A DNA stretch of 64,000 nucleotides from a bacterium. Its GTDB lineage: Bacteria > Patescibacteriota > Patescibacteriia > JAGPKW01. A program made the translations under genes and the position numbers. The notes beneath the pieces are model-generated. The model was not told the DNA's origin. It did not search any database and saw nothing but the letters and a program-made list of their open reading frames with translations. The stretch covers positions 75,610 through 139,609 of the forward strand of contig JAJXYN010000009.1 in the NCBI GenBank assembly GCA_021780535.1, written 5' to 3'. Numbering within the stretch: the stretch's first letter is position 1; the number at the start of each line of letters is the position of its first letter. This document shows, piece by piece, positions 1 to 10,555 of the stretch.

Positions 1-1535
1 CTGCTTTTAAATCCGTTATGAATGGTTATCAAGTTATGATATTATGTCCTACTACTATTTTATCTCAACAACATTTTGATACTTTTTCTGAAAGATTAAA
101 AAATTTTGGAATAAAAATATGTTTAGTAAATAGATTTCGTGATGAAGAAAATAAAAAAAACAATGTTATAGAAGATATATCATTTGGGAAATACGATATA
201 ATTATAGGTACACATAGACTTCTTTCAAAAGATATTAAATTTAACAATTTAGGGCTTATAGTTATTGATGAAGAACAAAAATTTGGAAGCTTATCAAAAG
301 AAAGATTAAAAAAATATAGAAATAATATTCACATGCTCGCAATGTCTGCTACTCCAATTCCAAGAACATTAAATATGAGTTTAGCTGGAATTTATAATAT
401 GAGTATCATAAATACTCCCCCAAAAAATAGAATTGATATATTAACTTATGTTGAAAAATATAATGAAGAATTGGTAAAAAACGCTATTTTAAAAGAAATT
501 GAAAGACATGGACAGTGTTACTATTTATTTAACAAAGTTGAAACTATAGATATTTGCCAGCATAAACTTAAAAAATTATTACCAAATATAAAATTTGCAA
601 CTGCTCATGGTCAAATGCATGCTCATGAACTTATACAAATTTTTGAAAAATTTGATAAAAAAGAAATTGATGTTTTAATTTGTACTACTATTATTGAAAG
701 CGGAATTGACTTACCAAATGTAAATACTTTAATAGTTGAAAATGCTGATAGATTTGGACTTGCACAACTTCATCAATTACGAGGAAGAATAGGTAGATCC
801 AATAAACAAGGTTATGCATATTTTTTATATAAAAATGAAAAAATATCAGAGAATGCTGATAAAAGATTAGAAACATTAATTGAAGCAAATAAAATTGGTG
901 ACGGTTTTAAAATAGCATCTCGCGACATGGAAATTCGTGGCGTTGGGAATTTATTAGGTAAAGAACAACATGGGAGTGCTTGTGTTGTAGGATTAAATCT
1001 TTATTCAAAATTATTAGAACAAGCTATAAATAAAATAAATAATGGCGTTGAAGAAAATATATATTTTGAAACAAAAATAAATCTTCCTATAGATTTTAAA
1101 ATACCGAAGGAAATTATTGAAAATGAAAGTGAAAGAATGCAGACATACCAGAAACTTTCCATGCTTGATGATATAAATGAACTTAATGAAGAAATAAAAA
1201 TATTAAAAAATAAAAATATTAAAAAATTTAAAGATAATATTGAGAATTTAGAAAATATTTTTAAGCTTAAAATTTATTGTAAGAATTTAAAAATTATTCA
1301 AATAGATTATTCAAAAATTGAAATTATTCAAGGAAATATAAAAGAAAAAATATCTCTGATGTTTGAAAAAGAAGATGATTTAATAGAAATTGAAAATGAG
1401 TTTTATAAGCAATCTGGACAATTTATAAAAAAAGATAAAATTTTGAAAATTGATATAGAATATCTTGGGAAAAAATGGTTTTTAAAACTTGTTGAGATTA
1501 TAGAATACATAAGTAAAACTAAAAATGAAGAATAA
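1..1535 (+). CDS. mfd: Transcription-repair coupling factor Mfd, C-terminal portion (5' end lies outside the window)
   Basis: The frame is open from the window edge. Superfamily-2 helicase motifs are present (ILCPTTILSQQHF, MSATPIPRTL, HGQM...LICTTIIESGIDLPNVNTLIV, QLRGRIGRS). The C-terminal TRCF-type domain is followed by a Lys/Ile-rich extension. Confidence 0.85.
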   Translation, partial: AFKSVMNGYQVMILCPTTILSQQHFDTFSERLKNFGIKICLVNRFRDEENKKNNVIEDISFGKYDIIIGTHRLLSKDIKFNNLGLIVIDEEQKFGSLSKERLKKYRNNIHMLAMSATPIPRTLNMSLAGIYNMSIINTPPKNRIDILTYVEKYNEELVKNAILKEIERHGQCYYLFNKVETIDICQHKLKKLLPNIKFATAHGQMHAHELIQIFEKFDKKEIDVLICTTIIESGIDLPNVNTLIVENADRFGLAQLHQLRGRIGRSNKQGYAYFLYKNEKISENADKRLETLIEANKIGDGFKIASRDMEIRGVGNLLGKEQHGSACVVGLNLYSKLLEQAINKINNGVEENIYFETKINLPIDFKIPKEIIENESERMQTYQKLSMLDDINELNEEIKILKNKNIKKFKDNIENLENIFKLKIYCKNLKIIQIDYSKIEIIQGNIKEKISLMFEKEDDLIEIENEFYKQSGQFIKKDKILKIDIEYLGKKWFLKLVEIIEYISKTKNEE

Positions 1536-1544
1536 AAAATATTT

Positions 1545-1580
1545 AAAAAAGATTAGCATCAGCTAATCTTTTTTATTATT
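1545..1580. terminator. Bidirectional intrinsic terminator shared by convergent mfd and ppsA
   Basis: Hairpin aaaagattagc-atc-agctaatctttt is flanked by A-runs upstream and T-runs downstream. It sits between two convergent stop codons. Confidence 0.6.
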
Positions 1581-3987
1581 TCTTCTTTTTTGAAGATATT
1601 GCAATTCTTGTTTTTAATACCGTATCTGGATTTAAAGATATTGAATCTATTTTTAGTTTTGTTAAAAATTCAGCAAAATCTGGGAAGTCTGATGGAGCTT
1701 GTCCACATATCCCTATTTTTCTATTATTTCTTTTTGCACCTTCTACTGCTTGTTTTATTAAAATCTTAACTGCATCATTTCTTTCATTATATATATGAGC
1801 AACTAAATTTGAATCTCTATCAACGCCTAATGTTAATTGTGTTAAATCATTTGAACCTATAGAAAATCCATCGTATATTTTTGAGAATTGATCTATCAAG
1901 ATAACGTTAGAAGGTATTTCAACCATCATGTAAACTTGCAAACCAGCTTTGCCTCTTTCAAGACCATATTCTTTCATAACTTTTTGTACCTGTTCTCCTT
2001 CTTCTACTGTTCTGCAAAATGGTACCATCATAATAATATTATCTATACCCATTTCTTCTCTAACTTTTTTAATAGCAATACATTCTAAACCAAAAGCATC
2101 TTTATATAATGGATCATAATATCTTGATGCACCTCTCCAACCTATCATAGAATTATGTTCTACTGGTTCAAATTCTTCTCCACCTATAAGATTTGCATAT
2201 TCATTTGATTTAAAATCTGAGAATCTTACTATAACTGGCTTTGGATAAAATGCTGCTCCCAATCTTCCTACCCCTTCTGCTAATTTTTCTACAAAATAAT
2301 CTTTTTTATTTTTATATCCTTTTGTAAGTTCTTCTATTTGTTTTTTAGCTTTTTCATTTTTTAATGACGAAAAATTCATTAATGCTTTTGGATGAATTTT
2401 TATATATTCATTAATAATAAATTCTTCTCTAGCCAACCCTACCCCGTCGTTTGGGATAAACGACATAGCAAATGCTGAATCTGGGTTGCCAACATTCATC
2501 ATTATTTTTGTTTTTGGCTTTGGTAATTTTTGAAGATTTGTTTTTTTGATTTTAAAATCAATTTTACCATCATAGACAAATCCGTCTTCACCATCTGCAC
2601 AAGATACTGTAATATCTTGCCCATTTTTTATTTTTTCTGTTCCATCGCCAGTCCCAACAACACATGGAATACCTAATTCTCTACTTATAATAGCTGCATG
2701 GCATGTTCTTCCTCCTGAATTTGTAACTATTGCTGAAGCTATTTTCATAATAGGTTCCCAATCTGGATCTGTCATTTCTGTAATTAATATATCCCCAGCT
2801 TTAAAATCATAAATATGTTCTGTTGATTTAATTATACTAGCCTTCCCAACACCTATTCTAGCCCCAACAGAAGAACCTTTCACTATTATTTTTTTATTAG
2901 ATTTTTCATCTAAAATATATTCTTCTAGGATATTTACATTTTTTCTAGATTGTACAGTTTCTGGACGAGCTTGCACTATAAATAGTTTCCCAGTATTACC
3001 ATCTTTTGCCCACTCCATATCCATTGGTTTTTTATAATGATCCTCAATTATGCAAGCCCACTTAGCAAGTTGCAATGCCTCATTATCTGTTATTGCAAAT
3101 TTCTCTTGATCATCTTTTGACACTGAAATATTTTTTGTATATTCTCTTTCTCCATCTTGCGAATATACCATTTTAATATTTTTATTTCCTATTTTTTTCC
3201 CTATTATTGAAGGCTTATTTTCTTTAACTCCTTTTTTCCAAACAAAAAATTCATCTGGGGAAACTCTTCCTAATACTACATTTTCACCTAACCCATAAAT
3301 TGAATTAATAACAACAGACTCCCTAAAACCAGATTCTGTATCAATAGAAAACATAATTCCTGATGCTGATAAATCTGATCTTACCATTTTTTGGACTACT
3401 ATTGAAAGACCTATTTTAAAATCATCAAATCCTTTATCGTGTCTGTATGATATTGCTCTATTTGTAAAAATAGATGCAAAACATTTTTTACATGCTTCTA
3501 TAAGTTCATCTTCACCTTTAATGTTTAAGAATGTTTCTTGTTGACCAGCAAATGATGCATCTGGTAAATCTTCAGCTGTTGCTGATGATCTTACAGCGAC
3601 ATCAAGATCATTTGTTTTATAAAATTTACAAAGTTCTTTATATGATTTTATTATTTCGTCTTTTAATTCTTGTGGAAATTCTAAACCTACTATTAATTTT
3701 CTAGATTCTCTTCCAACTTTTGCAAGAGTTTTTAAATCATAAGTTCCTGATTTTTTATCTTTTTTTAATTGAGATAAAATTTCTTTTAGTTTTTGTTTTG
3801 CTCCAGTTTTTTCTAATAGATAAAAATAAGAATATGCTGAAATAGCAAAACCATTAGGGATACTAACTCCTTTTGATGTTAGTTTTTGGTACATTTCTCC
3901 AAGTGATGCATTTTTACCACCAACAAGAGGAACGTCTTTTATCCCAATTTCCGTAAACCAAAGTATAAATTTTTTGTTTTTGTCCAT
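1576..3987 (-). CDS. ppsA: Phosphoenolpyruvate synthase (pyruvate, water dikinase)
   Basis: 803 aa. N-terminal ATP-grasp region. PEP-utilising mobile domain GGRTCHAAIISRELGIPCVVGTG. C-terminal PEP-binding TIM-barrel region. Confidence 0.9.
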   Translation of the reverse strand: MDKNKKFILWFTEIGIKDVPLVGGKNASLGEMYQKLTSKGVSIPNGFAISAYSYFYLLEKTGAKQKLKEILSQLKKDKKSGTYDLKTLAKVGRESRKLIVGLEFPQELKDEIIKSYKELCKFYKTNDLDVAVRSSATAEDLPDASFAGQQETFLNIKGEDELIEACKKCFASIFTNRAISYRHDKGFDDFKIGLSIVVQKMVRSDLSASGIMFSIDTESGFRESVVINSIYGLGENVVLGRVSPDEFFVWKKGVKENKPSIIGKKIGNKNIKMVYSQDGEREYTKNISVSKDDQEKFAITDNEALQLAKWACIIEDHYKKPMDMEWAKDGNTGKLFIVQARPETVQSRKNVNILEEYILDEKSNKKIIVKGSSVGARIGVGKASIIKSTEHIYDFKAGDILITEMTDPDWEPIMKIASAIVTNSGGRTCHAAIISRELGIPCVVGTGDGTEKIKNGQDITVSCADGEDGFVYDGKIDFKIKKTNLQKLPKPKTKIMMNVGNPDSAFAMSFIPNDGVGLAREEFIINEYIKIHPKALMNFSSLKNEKAKKQIEELTKGYKNKKDYFVEKLAEGVGRLGAAFYPKPVIVRFSDFKSNEYANLIGGEEFEPVEHNSMIGWRGASRYYDPLYKDAFGLECIAIKKVREEMGIDNIIMMVPFCRTVEEGEQVQKVMKEYGLERGKAGLQVYMMVEIPSNVILIDQFSKIYDGFSIGSNDLTQLTLGVDRDSNLVAHIYNERNDAVKILIKQAVEGAKRNNRKIGICGQAPSDFPDFAEFLTKLKIDSISLNPDTVLKTRIAISSKKKK

Positions 3988-4069
3988 ATTTAATTGTTAA
4001 CCTTTTTTTATATGTAAATTATAGCAGAAAAAATATAAATATAAAATATAGAAACGCATAAAAAATAAT

Positions 4070-4104
4070 AAAAAAATATGCGATATTAGTCGCATATTTT
4101 TTTA
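4070..4104. terminator. Palindromic intrinsic terminator downstream of trxB
   Basis: Hairpin atatgcga-tattag-tcgcatat is followed by a T7 run. A-runs on the other side make it usable in both directions. Confidence 0.55.
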
Positions 4105-5031
4105 TTATTTTAAATATTTTTTTGCTGTTGTTGCAGCTACTGCTCCCATTGCTTCAGCAACTATTATCTGTTTCAAATCCGAAAAACCTGTTGTAATATC
4201 TCCCGCTGCATATATACCATCAATACTTGTTTTACAGTGTTGATCAATTTTTATAAATCCCTGCGCATCCATATCTATGCCTAAACCTTTCAATAAAACA
4301 GAATATGGTACTGCACCAATTTCGATAAATATACCATCTGTTTTTAATTCTTTTTCTAACACTGCACCGTCTTCTGAAATCGTTTTCACCACCATAGACT
4401 CAACCTTGTTTATTCCTTTTATTTCGGTTACGTTACTATTTTTTATTATTTCTACTTTTGGATTATTATTAATAATCTGCATATCAGCTTCGTCATTTGC
4501 AGATAGACTATCTTTTCTTATTATTAAATATATTTTTTCTGCTATGTTTAATAAATGATTAACACCTTTTAATGCAGAATTACCACTTCCTATTACTGTT
4601 GTAATTTTATTTTTATAAAACATTGCATCACAAATAGTACAATAACTAACCCCCTTACCTGTGAAATCTTTCTCACCTTTTATGTCTGCTTTCTTTTTAT
4701 CCGTACCCAAAGCTAAAACTATAGATTTACCTTCATGAATTTGTCCATCTTCAGTAGAAACATATATTATATCATTAATTTTTTGTATAGCATTTACTGT
4801 TCCAGTTTTTATTTCACAATTTTTAAACTTTTTTGCATGATCAAATAACTTTTGAGATAAATCTGGCCCAGTTACTTCTGGAATACCAGGGTAATTATCT
4901 ATTAAATGAGTTAATGAAATCATTCCTCCGATTTGTGATCCAATTATTAATACACTCATATTATATCTTGAAGCATATATCGCAGCGGATATACCAGCTG
5001 GTCCAAGACCAACCACAATTAAGTCATACAT
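4105..5031 (-). CDS. trxB: Thioredoxin-disulfide reductase
   Basis: 308 aa. N-terminal FAD-binding fold YDLIVVGLGPAGISAAIYASR. Redox-centre-like SYCTICDAMFY. NAD(P)-binding VIGSGNSALKG. Confidence 0.8.
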   Translation of the reverse strand: MYDLIVVGLGPAGISAAIYASRYNMSVLIIGSQIGGMISLTHLIDNYPGIPEVTGPDLSQKLFDHAKKFKNCEIKTGTVNAIQKINDIIYVSTEDGQIHEGKSIVLALGTDKKKADIKGEKDFTGKGVSYCTICDAMFYKNKITTVIGSGNSALKGVNHLLNIAEKIYLIIRKDSLSANDEADMQIINNNPKVEIIKNSNVTEIKGINKVESMVVKTISEDGAVLEKELKTDGIFIEIGAVPYSVLLKGLGIDMDAQGFIKIDQHCKTSIDGIYAAGDITTGFSDLKQIIVAEAMGAVAATTAKKYLK

Positions 5032-5113
5032 GAATTATTTATTTAATTTATTAGTTTGATCAATAATTATTTTATTAATGCTTTATTATATTATTACGTA
5101 ATAAACTGTCAAT

Positions 5114-5536
5114 TTAATTATCAGGTTGTTGTGTATTTTTGCTACCTTCATTTTTTAACATTTCTTCAATTGGAGGGTTATCTTCTTTTTCTGTATATTG
5201 ATCTACATTAATAGACCCCATTATTATTGATTTTTTAATTTTTAATATAAATTCTGAACAAAAATCTATTATTGCACTATTTATTTTATCATTAAAATCA
5301 TTTACATGAGATGTAAAAAAATTTTTTATATCTTCATTGCTAGGCTTAGATTCTAAAAATTTAAAATATTCTTCTTTAGAATTTTCATCCAACATGTCTA
5401 TTGATGCTTCTCCTATTTTTTCTGTTAGAGCCGATTCTAATTCTTGCTTAAATTCTTTTTCTTCTTGGTATTCAAGCAAAATATCTGCTTGTTTATATAC
5501 TTCATCAACATATTCTTTTAAAATATTTTCTGACAT
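5114..5536 (-). CDS. Hypothetical acidic protein
   Basis: 140-aa ORF with coherent coding composition. No recognisable motif. Confidence 0.4.
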   Translation of the reverse strand: MSENILKEYVDEVYKQADILLEYQEEKEFKQELESALTEKIGEASIDMLDENSKEEYFKFLESKPSNEDIKNFFTSHVNDFNDKINSAIIDFCSEFILKIKKSIIMGSINVDQYTEKEDNPPIEEMLKNEGSKNTQQPDN

Positions 5537-5631
5537 AATAATTATTTATAATCATTTAATTTAATATAATAATATCATTTTAAAAAATAAAATAGAAGTA
5601 TTTAAATACTTCTATTTTTATATTAATTGTT

Positions 5632-8600
5632 TTAACTATTTTTTAATTTTATTAATATATTTTTCTGCATATCAATATAGAAAGGATCAACTTTTTCAGA
5701 CTCCATTCTTACTATTTCAGATTCTAGAAATGCAATTTTTGCATGTTTTTCTACTGATGTTATCATATCAAAAACTTCTGGTGTTAATTTTGTTCTTAAC
5801 TCTATTTCCTCTTTTTGTAATAATATTAATTCATCATATACTGCTTGGTCTTTTATTACAGGAGTACCATCAGGATTTGTTTTAAACATGTTAAAAGCGT
5901 TTTTTGTTAATTCTTTTATTTGTGAATCTAGTGAGTTTATTTTTTCGTATAAATTGTAATTTTGGTCTGATATTTTTACTTTTTGCAATTCTTGTAAGAA
6001 TAATAATTGTTCTCTTGGAGCCATTGATAGGTTCTTTTGATTATTCAAAGTAGATATTGTTCCTTCTAAATTTTTTATTTTATCATTAATAGATGAAGGT
6101 GAAGTATTAATACTTTCTTGGGATGTTACAGTTTGCTCTACTCCATGGCCAATAGAGTTCTTTGATTGTATGGGATTTTGTTTTATAAAGTCTGCTGGCC
6201 TATTTATTGTTTGCTGTGTTTGTATTGGAGCATTTGGTTGGTTTTGTATTTTAGTTGAATCTACTTGAAGCTTGTCATATATTTCACGGTATTGATCTTG
6301 AGATAATTTAACACCATTATTTTTTATATCAGCTGTTGGATATTTATTAAAATAAACTTCGTCAAACGATTTACCACTTTTTTTAGCTGCTATTAAATTT
6401 TCTTTGCCACCAAACAATGAATAAAAGCCACTATTTTGTTTATCAATTACTGCATTTTCATTAATAATTTCCGCTGAAGAAGCACCTTGTTTATCTGTTA
6501 TTATTTGAACATATTGCCCTGTTTTATCATCTTTTAATATTATAGCTCCATCTATTGGCGTCATAACATTGCCATTTGATTTATTAATAACAGTAAAACC
6601 TTTTGTTGTTAAATAATCTTTTATTTGGCCTTTTCCTGACTCATATATGTTAAGCACTCCTAATGCTTTATCTGTTACTTTATAATTTTCTGGTTTTAAA
6701 TATTCAATTATAGCATTACCTTTACCATCAAATTTAACAGTGCCCAATTCTCCAGAATTTATAGATCTAACAACTGCTACATCCATACCATTTTGATCAT
6801 TCATGCCAACGATTTCATATCCTTTTTCTCCTAACTGTTTACTAAAATTGTCTTTATCTATATGACCAAATAAATCTTGGATTTGAGTTGCTTGTGTTGT
6901 GCCATTATTGTCAATAACAGTATTTAATGTCCCGTCATTTACTTCTGCTTTATGAAATGTAAGTTTACTGTATGCATCTATTATTCCAACCGATCTATTG
7001 CTTGTCGCCTTATCAACAAGAATAACAGAATTTGCACCATTACTTTCTAATTGCACATCACCAGGTAGAAAAGATTTATCAGATTGTATATTTCTTAATA
7101 CTCCGGCTGTTGCTGTTGTACGCACAGATTCATCACTTGGGAGTGATTCTGAAAGAGAATTTATTTCTTTTGATAAACGAGATTTTTCTTGTAACATATC
7201 TTGATATTCTGGACGTCTTGAGTTTCCACCTGTATTATGCGCTTCTAAATCTTTTTTTAATTGTTCTAGTTGAGAGTTTAAATCTGCTATCCTTTTTTCT
7301 GTATTTATTTTTGTACTCACAACCGCCTTTACATCTGTAATTGTTTCTATTTTATTATTTATTGATACTGCATCTGCTTCTGATATTCCAGTTTCTGGCG
7401 ATACGCCTATTGCTTCCGTTGATGCAAGAGGTGCTGTTGTAGCTTTAATTTGGTTTACATCAGGGTGGGCATATGACATTGATGCTTGTTTATCAGCGCT
7501 TCCATCAAACCATTCTGGATGTTGTAATGTATTTCTTATATCTCTATCAACTTCATTTATATTTGATTTCATATAATCATCTATTTTTGTAAAATCTATA
7601 AATTTTTTACCAGATGATGGGTCTATATATGTATACTCTTTTAAATTATCCGTTAACAAACCTTTTACTGTTGATCCTCCAATTAAAATATGAGACAGCC
7701 TATCACTTCTTTCTCCCAAAGGTGATACTTTTGCATAGTGACTTGCAATTGCTGAATAAAATTCATCTATTTGGTTTTTAGATGTATCTATTTCCATAAA
7801 ATACTCTGGGGCTGTTTGTGGTGTAATTTCTTTCATTGCTGTGGCACCAATTATTTCTGTATTAATAACATGAGGCTCATGGGCTGATATATTTTCCGTT
7901 CCAACATGAGGCTCATGAGGTGTGGTAAATATATTCGGTTTTTTAACTGATGCTATTTCTATTGCTGATTGGTGATGATTAATAGCACCTAATAAAGTTC
8001 TAGAAGCAAAACCAGCACCAATAGCAGCTACCGCCATAATGCCACCCGCCATATACGATTCGCTGTTTATTTTTCTTGTTATATTTATTCTATTTTGTAT
8101 AGACAACTTTAATTCATCTATATTTCCTTTTTGCTTTAATTCTTCTGTATCGAAAGCTAGTCTATTCCCGTTATTAGAAATGTTTTCTCCTTTAATGTTT
8201 TTACCAAGACCCTTGCTTTCTCTGATATTTTTCCAAGCTGTTTTACCGCCAACAAAAGCACCAAAACCTGTTGTAGCAGTTGCAGTGGCAATGGCTACAA
8301 CAGGCAAAGCTAATACGGTCGCTAATATAGCGAACGAACCTACTGTTATAGTCTTAGCTATTGTTCCATAATTTTTCCAAAATCTTTCTAATTTCTCTTT
8401 ATTAAATCTTTTCTTCTCTAGTATAGATAATATTAATCCTATATTTTCTTCATTTATTTCTTCCAATAACTCACCATCATTTAATTTTTTTATAATTTTC
8501 TCTTGTTCTTTAGCTTTCTTTATATTTTCTTCATCTTTTTCAAATTCTTCTATTATTTTTTCGGCAACTTCTTTTTGTTTTATCAACTCTTTATATTCTT

Positions 8601-9876
8601 CCAGTTTTTTAGAAATAGAATCATATTGACTTTTTAATTTATCAATTTTTTTATCACCACCACTATAATTATTTAGAGCTTGTTCTAGTGATTCCTGATC
8701 TAAGTCTTTTTTAGCTGGGAACATTTTTCTTAAAAGATCATATTTTACTTCTTCAACATGAGACCCTATAACACCTTTTTTCATTAATAAATTTGATCCT
8801 ATTTTTTTTGTAATATTAAAAATAGCACCTCTACTAATTGTGGTAAAAATATTATCGGTGGTACCCATTAAAGATTTTCCAATTTCAAAAATATTTTGAT
8901 CTAAATATTTAACTTGATTTTTAGCTGTTAAGTATTCTTTTACACCATCATTTATTTCACCTAATTTAGATTCTTTTTTATCCAATGACTCGTCAGATGT
9001 ATTTTTTTCAGCAGTACTATCATCTCCATTTTCAACTCCTAATCTTGTTGGGGCAATTTTTTCGTTTAAATTTTCTGTTTCGGCCTCTGCTGGTTCTTTT
9101 TCAGATTCAACCCTTGATGTATCTATATTGCATTTTTTTAATAATATTTTATTTGCAACGTTTCTAAGTTGAGATTCGTTAAAACCTTTTTTATTATGTT
9201 CATTATATTTTATTAATTTTTCCATCAACATTTCTATTCTTTTCTCTACTGTTGCACCAATAAAAACATCGTCAGAAAAAATTAACTTTTTTATTGACTT
9301 AAAATCATTACTCCTCATCAATCCATCAGTTAATTTGGCTACTGATATTTTACCAGAATTTTCTTCTTGTTGTGATTCTAAATTCTCTAAAACAGGGGCA
9401 TCAACCTCTGCCACACTTCCGATCACGTTCTCTAACTCTTTCTCTAATTGTTGAAATTTTGAGAATTTCTCATTATATTCCTTACTTTGAATATCTTTAA
9501 TTTGAAGTAATTCTTCTCGCATTTGTTCTATTTCTGATTTTATTTCAGAAGCTGTTCTTAAAACTTTTGAATTAAGAATATTTTTTATTTCTTTAGGACT
9601 TTCAATTGTTTCTGGTGCTACTAACTCTGTTGTTTTTTTCTGCCCCATTTCTTCCATTAATTCTTGCCTTTGGCTTTCTGCATCTTCTTTACTTATAGAC
9701 CCATACCTTTCAGCCGTTGATATAAAAGCTAGCTTTTTTTTTAATAATCTCTCTTCCTCTGATTCTGAACTTGTTGGCATGGCTTTTTCCTTACCAAATT
9801 TATAAAAATAAAGACTCCCTCCAAAAACACTTTTTGAGATAATTTTATCTAAATTTTTAATTAGTAATATTTTCAT
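5632..9876 (-). CDS. Giant (1414 aa) coiled-coil membrane protein, function unknown
   Basis: The roughly 520-aa N-terminus is Lys/Glu-rich coiled coil. Two central hydrophobic helices are present (ILATVLALPVVAIATATATTGFGAFVGG and GGIMAVAAIGAGFASRTLLGAI). The roughly 750-aa C-terminus is Ser/Thr/Asn/Gln-rich with a HEPHV x2 repeat. No signal peptide or enzymatic motif was recognised. Confidence 0.5.
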   Translation of the reverse strand: MKILLIKNLDKIISKSVFGGSLYFYKFGKEKAMPTSSESEEERLLKKKLAFISTAERYGSISKEDAESQRQELMEEMGQKKTTELVAPETIESPKEIKNILNSKVLRTASEIKSEIEQMREELLQIKDIQSKEYNEKFSKFQQLEKELENVIGSVAEVDAPVLENLESQQEENSGKISVAKLTDGLMRSNDFKSIKKLIFSDDVFIGATVEKRIEMLMEKLIKYNEHNKKGFNESQLRNVANKILLKKCNIDTSRVESEKEPAEAETENLNEKIAPTRLGVENGDDSTAEKNTSDESLDKKESKLGEINDGVKEYLTAKNQVKYLDQNIFEIGKSLMGTTDNIFTTISRGAIFNITKKIGSNLLMKKGVIGSHVEEVKYDLLRKMFPAKKDLDQESLEQALNNYSGGDKKIDKLKSQYDSISKKLEEYKELIKQKEVAEKIIEEFEKDEENIKKAKEQEKIIKKLNDGELLEEINEENIGLILSILEKKRFNKEKLERFWKNYGTIAKTITVGSFAILATVLALPVVAIATATATTGFGAFVGGKTAWKNIRESKGLGKNIKGENISNNGNRLAFDTEELKQKGNIDELKLSIQNRINITRKINSESYMAGGIMAVAAIGAGFASRTLLGAINHHQSAIEIASVKKPNIFTTPHEPHVGTENISAHEPHVINTEIIGATAMKEITPQTAPEYFMEIDTSKNQIDEFYSAIASHYAKVSPLGERSDRLSHILIGGSTVKGLLTDNLKEYTYIDPSSGKKFIDFTKIDDYMKSNINEVDRDIRNTLQHPEWFDGSADKQASMSYAHPDVNQIKATTAPLASTEAIGVSPETGISEADAVSINNKIETITDVKAVVSTKINTEKRIADLNSQLEQLKKDLEAHNTGGNSRRPEYQDMLQEKSRLSKEINSLSESLPSDESVRTTATAGVLRNIQSDKSFLPGDVQLESNGANSVILVDKATSNRSVGIIDAYSKLTFHKAEVNDGTLNTVIDNNGTTQATQIQDLFGHIDKDNFSKQLGEKGYEIVGMNDQNGMDVAVVRSINSGELGTVKFDGKGNAIIEYLKPENYKVTDKALGVLNIYESGKGQIKDYLTTKGFTVINKSNGNVMTPIDGAIILKDDKTGQYVQIITDKQGASSAEIINENAVIDKQNSGFYSLFGGKENLIAAKKSGKSFDEVYFNKYPTADIKNNGVKLSQDQYREIYDKLQVDSTKIQNQPNAPIQTQQTINRPADFIKQNPIQSKNSIGHGVEQTVTSQESINTSPSSINDKIKNLEGTISTLNNQKNLSMAPREQLLFLQELQKVKISDQNYNLYEKINSLDSQIKELTKNAFNMFKTNPDGTPVIKDQAVYDELILLQKEEIELRTKLTPEVFDMITSVEKHAKIAFLESEIVRMESEKVDPFYIDMQKNILIKLKNS

Positions 9877-9880
9877 ATTA

Positions 9881-10072
9881 TTATTTTATTTTATTGAGTA
9901 TTTTTTTATATTCTATCTCCTCTTTTTTAGAAATAATAAAATCATGAATTTCTTTTAATTCTTTTTCTATTAAACTCAACTTATTCATATCATCTTTATA
10001 TTTTTCATAAAGAGATTTGATTTGTTGTTTTACATTTTCTATATCTTGTTCTCCTTTATTTTTTACTTGCAT
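9881..10072 (-). CDS. Small coiled-coil protein (63 aa)
   Basis: Lys/Glu-rich ORF located 4 nt upstream of the giant protein gene on the same strand. Confidence 0.35.
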   Translation of the reverse strand: MQVKNKGEQDIENVKQQIKSLYEKYKDDMNKLSLIEKELKEIHDFIISKKEEIEYKKILNKIK

Positions 10073-10382
10073 TATATTCTTCTATTAATTCTTCTCTTAT
10101 TTTTAAAGCTTCTTCTTTTGACATGTCTTCATAGTTTGGTACCATATCCATTATAAATTTCAATATTGATAGTTGGTTTTCCTTATTTTCTTCTGAGAAT
10201 TTTGATAATGCAGATTTTTGATCTTCTGTTAGTATTTCATTTAATCTAAGCATTATTCTTTCTTGAAGTAATTCTTGGAGAGATTGTATTATAACAGATT
10301 TATCAGCTTCTGAAGCATCCCCCATACCCAATTCAACAAATATATCCATTTGTTGATCTTGTCCATTTAAAGTTTCTGACAT
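10056..10382 (-). CDS. Hypothetical acidic protein (108 aa)
   Basis: The ORF overlaps the next gene by 17 nt, which suggests an operon with the giant protein. No motif recognised. Confidence 0.4.
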   Translation of the reverse strand: MSETLNGQDQQMDIFVELGMGDASEADKSVIIQSLQELLQERIMLRLNEILTEDQKSALSKFSEENKENQLSILKFIMDMVPNYEDMSKEEALKIREELIEEYNASKK

Positions 10383-10502
10383 AATTTTGATTTAAATTAT
10401 TTAAATTTGTTAATATTATAACATTTTTTCTATATTTTTATTATATTTATGTGTGCATAACCAACATTATAAAAAATATTTACAAACAAATAATTTTAAA
10501 TA

Positions 10503-10531
10503 TTGACCATATTATTTATTAGTGGTAATTT
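10503..10531 (+). promoter_or_regulatory. Sigma70-like promoter for the DHH-like gene
   Basis: TTGACC-N17-TAATTT lies about 25 nt upstream of the ATG at 10556. Confidence 0.4.
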
Positions 10532-10555
10532 AGCGTTAATTAATAAGACAAGAAT

